From Takakia lepidozioides (taxonomy: Eukaryota > Plantae > Bryophyta), in contig CM060731.1 in assembly GCA_030704615.1 (NCBI GenBank), positions 54,932,001-54,996,000 of the forward strand: a stretch of 64,000 nt of DNA. Reading direction: 5' to 3'. The notes below the pieces were generated by a model, which saw only the letters and a list, made by a program, of their open reading frames with translations, was not told the origin of the DNA and made no database searches. The translations under genes were made by a program, and so were the position numbers. Shown here piece after piece: positions 48,201-60,200 of the stretch. Each line of letters starts with the position of its first letter. The first letter of the stretch is position 1.

Positions 48201-51200
48201 AGCTGCTCGTTGGGGGACTTGGCTGCAACAGGGAAAATTAAACACTCACTATCAAAATCTTTGCAAATGGTCCTGTATGTCTTTGTCTCTTGATGCATCT
48301 GGGTTTGCTGGGGCATGCAGGTGCTTGAAAGAGATTTGGCAGTGTTTGGTTTCTTTTCAGCTTTAGGGAGAAGCACTCGTGCCTATCTGGCAGCTAAAGG
48401 TGTGAGTGATTCAGAAGAATCGCTTGCAAGCCTACTTAGGTCAGTGGCATTTCTTTGCATTTGTGGACTTGTAGCCTTTGCAGCATGTTCATAGAAAGAG
48501 ACAGACAGACAGAGAATAATTGCATTGTTCGAAAGGAAGAAAGACTCCCACTTCTCATGTTGCTTCACTAGATGTCAATCAGGAACTTTTTATCACATAC
48601 TGCTCTTGAACGCAGATAACATGCCTTGATGAGTCAGGCTGTCATTTTAGTTGGTCACATCTTGGCAAGACCGGGCTCCCTGCTGCAGGTACCTAGAAGG
48701 TGGGAGTGTTCTGTTTTACCCTCAGCTTGCAACTGTTTCCACATACCAGCTGTTTGTGGAGGTGAGTCTCAGTATTGACCTTGGTCTTTGAGGTCCTTCC
48801 AAAAATTTCTAAGGTTGCTTGTCAGAAAATTCTGGACATTTGTGTGGTTTGAGGGACAGTATAGAGGGTGTATTTTCTCAGCTGCTGAGTTGGGGTTTCA
48901 TGACAACCTAACACAGGATAACATCAGATGCCTCCCTGCCTTTACAGCTAAGCAGACCAAGCTGCATACACCACTTTCACATTGGTTGTGGGTATTTCAT
49001 CTGGTATTGTGATCTCCCAAGACCGGAGAAGAGTCTGTTAGTTGGGAATGATTTACACAATGTCACTTGTTGTTTAAGGCAGAGGTAAATGCTGTACCTG
49101 GTTACCTTGTCAGTAAGATCTGAGAGGAAACAAATTTGATTTGCAGGTGGTATGTGAGGAGATGGAGTGGCTGCCATTTTATCCAGGCATTCGACGAGCG
49201 GCAGCTCACGGGGAAAATGGCAGAATGAAGTCAGGGGTTAGTAAAGCTGAGAGAAGGATGATCATTGCTGCAGCACTCCAGACATGCTCTCTGTGGGTTA
49301 ATAGTTTTGTCCATCACAGCAGTTGGGTGCAGCAACAATCTGGCTTTCGGGCTGCCAAGTTTCTTTCAGTAAGGTTGGTTCCTATATACTTTTTTTAAAC
49401 TGATCTTTAGTGAATCAAGTACAGTGCTGGAATTGTCTATTTCTAGCCTGTTGTGAGAATGTGATGCGTAGAGGAAGTTGCAAACAGTGGGGACAAGGCT
49501 GGTCAGTTTCTGTTTTATAGTGAAATCATTTCTTGCTAAAGTTGTGATTTTTTTGTACATCAACAGTCAGCAACGGTTGGAAGAGTGCAACAAAACATAC
49601 AATATTATGAAGCGTAGTACAAAAGCTGATGGTCCCAGGTAAGTCAGCTTTCTGGTCGTTTTTGGTGAAGCAATGTTGCCAGGGAGCATTGGATTGCCAT
49701 ACAGGAGGAAAATGTATGCTTGCAGTGCTTTTCCTACAAGTACCGTCATAAAGGATGATACGCCTTTTTAAAGCTCTGTCAAGACAGTTGACCACATCTT
49801 TGCCTCGTCAACACACAACTTCTCCTTGTCTGGGCACAGGGACAGGGTAGGGGAAGTTGACAGCAAGTTGGATAGGCTGCTGTATCGGGATTTTCAAGAG
49901 AGAGCAGTGGTTGAGCAGACCAGTAGCAGTTGGGTGGACGATGGCATGTTGTGGAACTGGGATGTTCCTGTCACAAAATCAGAGGAGCTCACATCAGAAC
50001 GTATAGGCTTACAAGAGATGGAGCGGCAACTGAAGCTGTTTGATGAGGTTCTCTCTCTCTCTCTGTTTATCACTTGAATTTTTTCTCACTAGTTTCAGTT
50101 TCACTTCACATTGAACCCAATGTCCCACAATGTTGGAACCAACAGTACCAACCCCCTTTATGTACTAGTGTCTTTTTAAAGCCACAAATGTTTTTTTGTT
50201 CTTTCTGTCTAGATATTGATTTGCTTTCATGAGAGCTGCTTGTCAAGGACTCTATACATGTCCTTTCCTGTTGTTCTTTTGAAGTAATAATCTGCACATC
50301 CTCTAATTGATAACTGTCCTCTTGATGACTGTGGGCACTCTGGGTTTTTCGCCGCAGGAACTGCAGAGTGTTGAGATTGCATTGGGAAAACTTGAATTGT
50401 TGGTCAAAGACTCAGAAGCTTCAAGTTTAGTCTCTGGGAGGGAAAGACCTTCAACAGCTCGTGCTGACCTTGTGAGGATTCGGTTGCTCAAGAGAGAAGT
50501 AGAAGCGTTGGAGGCTTCGCTTGAACTCAAGGCTGTATTGAAGGAGGAAAGGGTGCTAAAGCAGCAGGTACTGTGTCTACCCCTCCCCTAAACTCTCTTC
50601 TTTTTTTGGAAGTGTTTTCCTGTACGGTTCTCTTTATGCAAGTTCCAGATAAGTGAGAACTGTTTACAGAAGTGAATGCAGCTTAACTAGGTCTCGCTTC
50701 TCTGTTTTTGTCTGATAGAATGAGCTGCAGCTTCTGCTGGTTTTAAATCATGTACACTCTGATTCCAGGTGGAGGAAGAGAGTAGAAGGTTGCAACAGCA
50801 GAGATCAGCCTCACAAAACCGTGACTTAGTGGGAGAAATCCAAGACCCAAACCAAGAACCCCAAAGCAGGTTTGGTAACTCTAGCTTGCTTGTCTTGCAC
50901 ATGGTCATATCAGATACATGTGAATCTCGTTGTGACAGAAACAAGATGACGAACTTGATGTTTTTGCTGTTACCTTTAGTGTTACCCCTGCTAGGAGTTT
51001 CAGCTTTGAATTTTCTGTCGTGGCAGGGAGACTCAGAGAGGGCTTGTTTATGACATCATACAGCCTGTTTAGGCACCATCAAACTGCCTCTACCCAAATC
51101 TGCCTGCATACCTTTGTCATATCCTATAGATGTAGGGTGTTCTAAGCGGCAATCAGATGCACACCAGCTAGATAGGCAGGTCGCAGAGAAAAGGTTTCCT

Positions 51201-54200
51201 CAGCACATCCTCCCATGGAAGCATTTCATTATGATTGTGTATGTATGAAAACAACAAATGCACACCCAGTCATCCAAGATCTGAAAGAACTTGAAGCGTT
51301 TAACTTTCCTTAGACTCTTGCCCTTAGTAGCAATCCCAGCAATAAAAGAAGGTGAAGTGGCCTCACCTGGATCCATCACCGCCAACCAACGAACCAACAG
51401 GTTAGTGATCCCTGTGGAACCCCAGGCTTCAACCACATCACACTTGTTATTGATGTCATCACTATAGTGTTGGAAACTAGACCTGTCCTCTACCTCCTAG
51501 TGATATTGACAGATAGCTTCTAGCACAAGCAGCAGTACAAAAACTGACAGCCTAAACCAACCAAAGAGTTAGTACTAACAAGAAGTGTCAGTCCTAACAA
51601 GAATGCTCCTTACTGCAAAAGAAAAGAACTTACAAAAGTAGATGCTGGACTTCTCCTCCTCCTCTCTCTGCAATCTACTAGGATAGCACATCCAAAATGC
51701 TAGAAGAAGTGCTGGGCATTGCCTCAGCCTTTCTCTTAAATCCTACATGAGTTCTCTAGAAACTTCTGGTGGCTGGAACCTTCTGGTAGAACTATCCCTA
51801 GCCGTCAAAAAACCCTAACAGAACCCTAGCTAACTAAATCTGAGCTGACTTCTAACACTCCCACTCAGCGAGGATTGAGGCTTAACCCAATCAGTTCCAT
51901 GCATCTAGAATGCTTTTCTTTGGATAGAGCCTTTGTGAGTGCATCAGCTGCCATGTCCTCAGTCCTACAGTAAACCAACTCAATCTCCAAACCAATCATT
52001 TCTCTAATGAAATGATGTTTGATATCTATGTGCTTGGTCCGGGCGTGATGAACAGGATTCTTGCTCAGCTCAATGCTGCTCCTGTTATCAGCATGCACTT
52101 TCGTTGGCTGTTCTTGACTGAAGCCAAGTTCACCAAGAAGCCTTCGAATCCAAATGGCTTCTTTAGCTGCATGAGTCAGAGCCATATACTCTGACTCAGT
52201 CGAGGATAGAGCAGTGGTCTGCTGTCTTTTGCTGCTCCAGCTCACAGCACCTCCACTCATTACAAAGCAGTAGGCAGATATGGATCTCCTCTCATCTGTG
52301 TCTCCTGCCCAATCTGCATCACTGTATCCTTCTAGTGATGCTCCAGTGTCCTGCTTGTTGTAAGTTAGACATGTATCCGCAGTCCCTTTCAAATATCTAA
52401 TCACCCTCTTGAGTGCTTTCCAATGCTGAGGTCCTGGGTTGTGCATGAACTTACTAAGCATTCCCACTGCATAGGCAATGTCTGGCCTGGTGCCAATCAT
52501 TGCATACATCAGAGATCCCATGGCTTGCTGATATGGAACCTTAGCCATTTCCTCAATCTCACTTGGAGATTTTGGCTCCATTTCCTTACTCAGCTTGCAG
52601 CCGGTTTCCAATGGTGTTGGTGCTGGTTTGCAGTCCTGCATACCAAACTTCGCAACAACATTCCTGACATACCTCTCTTGGCTCAACTTTATAGTTCTCG
52701 CCTTCCTGTCCCTCAGAATCTGAATTCCAAGTAGGTAGTTCACGGCTCCAAGATCAACCATCTCAAAGGTTTCACTCAAATCATGCTTCTGCCTGCGCAT
52801 GGTATCCTTGTTGTCGCTGATCAGTAGCAGGTCATCCACATATAGTGCTATTATCATGACACCTGATGTCATGTAGTAAATGCTCTGATCAGCTGTACTC
52901 CTTACAAAACCTTGGCCTGTCAAGTAGCTATTGATCTTCTCATACCATGTCCTCGATGCCTTTTTGAGTCCATATAACGATTTCTTGAGCCGACACACCT
53001 TATCACCTTCTTGGAAGCCTTCTGGTTGTTTCATGTAGATCTCCTCCTGGAGATCCCCATTCAAGAATGCAGTCTTCACGTCCATGTGTTCTATCTCCCA
53101 GTCATGCTTCGCTGCCAATGCCATGATGAGTTGTGAAGTGACATACTTCCAACTCAGTCTACTCTTACCATGAGTAGCCAATGCAGTTTCCACCATGTCA
53201 TAACTCTTTGGCAAGGTGCCAAACAAGGTCATGATCTGAAGTGATTCAGTCATGGGTTCTCCCGCATCAATTATCTCCAGAACGGAGGTGTTGGAGGTGT
53301 CAAGGCTATAGCCCTTGCACGGCACTCTGAGAACAGAAAGGGACGGGTAGCTCAGTGGTAGAGCACCCCACCGGTATGGGGGAGGTCCTAGGTTCAATCC
53401 CTAGCCTGACCATACGCCAGTGGTTTTCCAACATGGTATCAGAGCCAAGGTTGGGGCGGTGGTCAGAATGGGTGGGCATCAGCTTTAAGGGCTATGCCTT
53501 GAGGGGGAGTGTTGGAGGTGTCAAGGCTATAGCCCTTGCACGGCACTCTGAGAACAGAAAGGGACGGGTAGCTCAGTGGTAGAGCACCCCACCGGAATGG
53601 GGGAGGTCCTAGGTTCAATCCCTAGCCTGACCATACGCCAGTGGTTTTCCAACATATAGCAGGTCATACTAGCAGATGAGTGGTAAGGAGGTCAGCTATT
53701 TTAGCCAGCATTAGGCAGACGTTTCAGGCAGCAGCAAGCACTTATTTCAGTCCATGCTCCAGAGGGAGGGGGTGCTGGACTCCTCACACCCGTTTCCAGT
53801 AAGAAGGTATTACTGGAGCTATTTGCTCAAGCAAGTCCACGCGTAGTAGCCCTTAGCTTGCAATTGTATTCACACAATTAGAGTAGAGTAGTGAAGAGTT
53901 TACATGGAAAACCCCAATTAGTCATTCCATTTTCCCGTTTTCTTGTGGACAAATTTCTTAACAGAAAAATGGGACCAGGGCAATCCTTGAGTTGTGTTAT
54001 GAGGGACTTGGCCACATTCAGGAAAGAGAGAGAGAGAGAGAGAGAGGAAATGTACTCATAAGGCATTGTTTGCCTTGTGCTTGCGGCCATAGACCTCACT
54101 CCCAGTTTGGGCAGAACAAGAGGGAACAGACTCTGCCTTTGTGTAGTGGGACTTACATTGATACGAACAATTTGTTCAGGCTTTCCAGATTTCCCCTAAA

Positions 54201-57200
54201 AATCCCTTCACACAAGCATCAATCTGCTGTCAGTAATCTGTCCAGCAGGTAGACCCCAAGAGGGTCAGTGCCAGGGTTTTTTTTCTACTTTTCCAAAATC
54301 GCCACAAGGGCCACATGGAAATTCTATCCAGCACCCATGTGGCGAGAATAACAAGGTGGCAGGGTTAGAAAAGTGGCTATATAATAGGTGTCACATTTTA
54401 ACAGGTCCACGCAGGAAAAATCTGTCTCCTGATATTTAGCCACGGGCGCTTTCTGGCAATTTTTTTGATTTTGACTCCCATCATTCCTCTGTAATAATAG
54501 CTGACCCATTTTCCAGGTCGAAGCTGGCTATTTCTTGCCAGATTTAAAAACACTGGTCAGTGCTTCAGGCTCAGCCTCGAGGTTTGCAAGTTGGTGAACA
54601 GAGGTGCAGGGACTATGTTCTTGATAGTCCTGAAGAGGGTTGCTCTCTGACGAGAATACCATGGACATAAAACAATGGATATTGTCTTCAGGCCGGCCAC
54701 ACATCGGGCTTTGACAATATCCCTTTCCTCTCTACATCTGTTTTCTGTTCAAGTGAGTTAAAATTTCAGTCTAGTGCTGAGGGTAGGTAGGCCCTTCAGG
54801 CATCCTTAAGGTCCTCCTCACCCATGTCTGAAACAAGTTCAGGGAAGTTTTATGCCTATCTGCATTTGTTCGGACATTCTTCATGCTTCCGCCATGACCT
54901 TCGCTTCAGCCTTGTCTAGCAGGGACAGTTCTTCCTGCCTAATATTCAGGTATTTGAAAATTGCCTCTACCCTTCACCGTCAGAACTTAGCCTGTATAAC
55001 AGGATGGTCTTACTTCCAAGTAAGAAAAGAAAGAGATAGGGCTTGTCAAGAAAGGATCTGTCTATTCCAGACTAGATCTATATATGATGAAATACAGGTT
55101 TGCCTCCCATCTTAGACTTACCACAGGTAGGCAGATTGCATCATGATTTTTCATGAACTGCTATACTGCACCATGATAGAGAGTTGGAGATAGCTCTGTG
55201 CAATGCAGATTGCTGCTATGTCACCCAGCTTTGTATTGTAATTTGTTTTGTGGCAACACCTCTTTTAAGTCATCGCAAACTTACCACATATTTGGTTTGC
55301 AGGAAACTTGATCATAGAACTCAGAGCTTGGACAGCTTAGGTTCTGGACGTAAGCTCATGATAACTTACCTCATGTTGATGTATAGTGACTATGCACTAT
55401 ATCACTAACCTAGCACATGGAAATGCTTAAAAGTATAGGTTAGATCCCTGTAGAGGGGCAACCCGCTGTTATGGTTATTCTTTCCTGAGGTGCTCTCATA
55501 GGTAGTGAAACCATAACGCTGGTTGCTCACTGCAAGTAAACAGCCTTCTCATATTTTCGAAACAACTCCATATCCAGCACTGTGATTTCAGACAAGAACT
55601 CAAAATAGACGAGTGGCCTTCACCTGCACCAGTCCCAAAATCCACCACAAGCATATGATGTGGGTTGTTGAGGATGTATGAGGTGAATGGCAGGCCCTCT
55701 TACGTGCGTCAGCTCTCCAAAATGAACCAATAACTATCATGTCCAATCACAGACGAAGCCCACTTGGGTACAAACATGCAAGGGATTCAAATTGAGTAGA
55801 TCACTTGAGCCCAAAACCACCTGAAGTGTCCGTGTTGGAAGGGACTGAAATTTTCAACATGGGGGAAGGCATGATCACTGGTACCGCAGGAAGACAGTGC
55901 CTAGAAGATACCTTAAAGTCTCTTCTTGTGAGAAGATGTGACAGTTTCACTCTTTTGTCCTTTTCCTGTTTTTATGACAGTTGGTCATTGTTATACATGA
56001 GTTAGTTGATTTGTCTTGTTGTTGTTCTGGAAAGTGGTGGCTGTATGCCCTAGCTGTCATGTATGCAATAGTAGATGGTGGAAGACACAAAGCCGTAATT
56101 CCACTCTTTAAAGTAGAACAAAATAGACTATTGAAGTAGAAAAAGATATGTGCTGCTTTCAAAAGCGTTAGAGAATGTCCATTGTTTGCCGTAGCCTTGT
56201 GGCCATTGACCTCACGCCCAGTTTGAGCGGAACACAAAGGGACAGAAACTACCTTTGTAAAGGGCTAACGCCGGTAGTATGACTTACTGTGAAACAAACA
56301 ATAGATCCAAGTGTTCCAGATTACCTCTAGAAATCCCTTCACACAAACATCAATCTGCTGTGTGTGATTTGCCCAATACTCAGACCCCAAAAGTGCTTGG
56401 CTATTGGCTCAGCCTCGAGATTTTCGAAGTTGGCAAACAGAGGTAGAGGAACAATTCCCTTGATGGATTTGGAGAGGGTATCTCTCTGGTGAGAGTGCCC
56501 AGGGAATCAGAAAGTGGATATTGTCTTCAGGTTGCTCATACACCGGGCATTTGCAATCCCCCTTTCCTCTCTGCATCTGTTTGCTGTTCAAAGGTAGGCT
56601 TCCCACCCTGAGGTTAAATTTCAGTCGAGTGCTGAGAGTAGGTAGACCCTTTAGGTCATCCATGATGGCCTCACCCATTGCACAGACTGGAAACAAGTTC
56701 AGGGAAGTTTTCTGCCTTACTTCATTTTCATCAGACAATTTACTGGCAACAGACATGGCTTTTGACACTATAGCTTCTAAGGGAGATTCATCCAGAAGGG
56801 CAATCCTGCTTCCAAGATATACAGTCTATTAACTTAGGATATCTGGTATTAGTCATATAGAGTCCATTAACTTAGGATATCTATTATTAGTCATACTTTG
56901 CAGCTGACCCCACCATCTGACCATGAATTTATCTCATCGGGAGCTTAAGGCAGGAATGCCAAACTCACCCCGAACAGCCACATTAGCTGTTTTGGAGCAT
57001 GCTGACATGCACTCTTGAGCACCCCCACTTGAATGGATTCTAGAGATTGTACTCATAAGACGTTGTTTGCCGTAGCCTTGTGGCCATTGACCCGCCCAGT
57101 TTGAGCGGGAACAAAAGGGACAGAACCTACCTCTGTCAGGGGCTGACGTTGGTAGTGTCACTTACCATCATATATAGAATTAATCCGGGTTTCCAAATAT

Positions 57201-60200
57201 CCTCTAGAAATCCCTTCACACAAGCATCAATCTGCTGTGTGTGATTTGCCCAAAAACTAGGCCTCAGGAGGGCCTGGGCTTTTGGCTCAGCCTCGAGACT
57301 TTCAAAATTGTTAAACAGGGGAACAGGCACAATTCCCTTGATAGAGTTGAAGAGAGCGTCTCTTTGGTGAGAGAACCCCGGACAGTGTATCAGAAAGTGA
57401 ATACTGTCTTCAGATTGCCCACACAGCGGGCAATTGCACTCTCCCTTTCCTCTCTGCTTCTGTTTGCTGTTCAAAGGTAGGCTTCCTGCCCTGAGTTTAA
57501 ATTTCAGTCTAGTGCCGAGAGTGGGTAGACCCTTGAGGTCATCCAAGATGTCCTCCCCCATGTCACTGACTGGAAACAAGTTCAGGGAAGTTTTCTGCCT
57601 AACTTCATTTTCATCAGACAATCTCATGGCAACAGACATAGCTGAGGACACTACAGCCTCTAAGTCAGATTTATCCAGCTGGGTCAAGGCTTGCGGATCC
57701 AGGTCCAGGTCCTTGAGAACCTCTTCTACTCTCTTCTGCCAGGACTTAGCCTGTTTGACAGGGCGGTCCTGTTTCCAAGATATAGAGTCGATTAACTTAG
57801 GATATCTGGTGTTGGGCATATGTTGCAGCTGACCCCACCATCTGACCTTGAATTCATCTCGTCGGGAGCTTAAGGACGGAATGCCAAACTCACCCCGAAC
57901 AGCCACATTGGCTGTTTTGGAGCTTGCTGACATACACTCCTTAAGCACCCCTACTTGAATGGATTCTAGAGACTTAGCCTGGTTGGAGTTATCAACCCAT
58001 ATAGCAGATCCGTACTCCAAGGCAGGTCTAATAACGCGACAAAGCATGGTTTTCTTAACCTCAGAGTTGACCCCTCTGCAGTGGAAAAATTTAGTGAGCC
58101 CCAGAGCTTTGCCCTTGCCAGTTTGAACAACTTTCCGGATATGTGCATCCCAATTACATTTGGAGGAAAACTCAACGCCCAGGTAAGTGTAGGAAGGGAG
58201 GACCGGGATCTCTTGGCTACCCCACTGCCACTTAAGATCACTTCCTCCCTCTCCTCTGTCGTTGAATGCTACCACTGCACATTTGCTGACATTAGCCTCT
58301 AGCCCCCAAAGATAAAAGTATCTCTTCGCGGGCTGGTATGGTGGTATCACCCACCCTTAACCCAAATCCCTCACTTTCCACATCCTCGAGGAGTTGATTG
58401 ATGAAAACATTGAAGAGCAGAGGGGAGAGAGTACATCCTTGAGCTACACCTTGGTCTATGTCAAAGAAGTTGGACTTCTGTCCGTTAACAGTGAAACAGC
58501 TTTTGGTGTGGGCATACAAGTTGTGGACAACTCTCCACATCTTTCCCTTGATCCCACAAGACCAGAGGCGGAACCATAGGCCATCTCTCCACACTGTGTC
58601 ATAAGCCTTTTTGACATCTAGGAAAAAAACATAAGTGGGTTTCCCTTCTTTTTTCCTTCCCTGGATAATCTGGCTTAGAGTGAAGATATGATCCACACAG
58701 CCCTTTCGCCGAAAGCCAGCTTGGCCTTCGTGGAAACAACCTCTAGACTCCAGATCAACCTCGAGACGAGTACTTATAACTCTGCAGAATGTCTTGCCAA
58801 CAGCATTGAGGAGCGTGATGCCACGGTAGTTCCCGGTTCTTCTGTCACCCTTCTTGTATAGATTGACAATGACCCCCTGTCGCCAGCGAAAGGGGATCAT
58901 TTCAGTCTTCCAGATAAGGTTAAAGAGGAGAACTAGGGCCTCTATCATGGGATCGCCACCGTGCTTGATAAGCTCGTTGACAATACCATCAGGTCCACCA
59001 GCTTTATATCCATTTAAATGTTCAATTGCTTCCACAATCTCAGAAGAACTAATGGGAGCATTATAAGCCATTGAAATATACTCCAGTTCATCAGGGCTGT
59101 TTTGAATCATAGGAACAGTTTTTCCAACTGTGTCCCTCCATTCAGCAGAAGACCCCTCACTGTTAGACCTAGAAGTTCTGCCAAGGATACTGTAGTGAGT
59201 TTCAAAGGTTTTGACAATGTCAACCGATGAAGTCACCACTGCACCTTTAGTAGTCTTCAGAGCTTGTACTTGCTGACCGTTTTTCGGCTTGTACAAACGT
59301 TGAAGGGCCAACCAGAATTTCTTATCATTACCACCATGGTGGTTTGAGTTTATTTCACTGTATAACTTGTCCCAGTATAATTTCTTCTGAGACCTAACAA
59401 GCTGATTGATATCTTTACGGAGCTGGTAGTACCTCGCCCACAATTCTCTGTTGGTTTCCAAATTGCAGCACTCTTTATAGAGGGCTCGTCTCTCAGCTAT
59501 CTTGAGTTTAATCTCATTGGTCCACAAATTAACTGCTCTACCGCAGACAATTAGTTTCCTCCCAATGATCTTGTCAGCCATGGAGGAAACGAAACTCTCC
59601 CAAGAGTCGTCACCTCTTGTCCTGTTATTCAAGGTCAAAAGCTGAAGCTCTTCTAGACAGTTAATTAACCGTCTGCCATTAGAATTCAGCTCGTCCTCAC
59701 CAAAAGGTCCAATGATATCGTCCTGATGGATCCCTTTGCCCACCCGGGCATTGAAGCCCCCCAATAGTACCACCTGACCTTTGGCAAGGAACGAAGCACA
59801 GTCCAGCTTTACATCTTCGAAGGCTTTGTCTGCGTCAGCACTAAGGGTCCCCTCTGTGGGCATGTAAACACAACCCACAAAGAGGTCCTTTGTACTCATG
59901 CCGCCCTTCAGATTCAGTTTTAGCCAGATACTATGCTCGTACCTCAAACCCTTGTTGATAATTTCACAATTGTCAAACAAGAAATCACGGACAAAGAATC
60001 CAACCCCTTTTTGACCGCGTTTGGCAGAGGCTGCCTTGAGAGTACACATCTTACCTGCCCATTTATAACCATTGACATCTCCAACCAGTTTATCCGACAT
60101 TTCCCATGTTTCTTGCCCAGCACAGATATGAATATCATTAGTCCGAAGAACTTGTCCCACTTCGAGTTGTTTCCTTTGGTTGGTCAACCCTGAGAAGTTG

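Larger units (their letters stand above)
53289..53654 (+). mobile_element. TRIM (miniature LTR retrotransposon), 366 bp, with a tRNA-like sequence in each LTR
   Basis: 145-bp LTRs 53289-53433 and 53510-53654 (TGTTGGA...TCCAACA), PBS TGGTATCAGAGCC at 53434, PPT TGAGGGGGAG at 53500-53509, 76-bp non-coding interior. Confidence 0.95.

Noticed and set aside
51865-53397. 510-aa ORF as an intact protein
   Set aside because: It is a chance in-frame fusion of antisense TRIM sequence, a gag piece and RT-RNase H, lacking protease and integrase.
53341-53633. Two functional tRNA genes
   Set aside because: Both lie in LTRs, lack U33, have mismatches in the acceptor and anticodon stems, and differ in anticodon; treated as tRNA-like.
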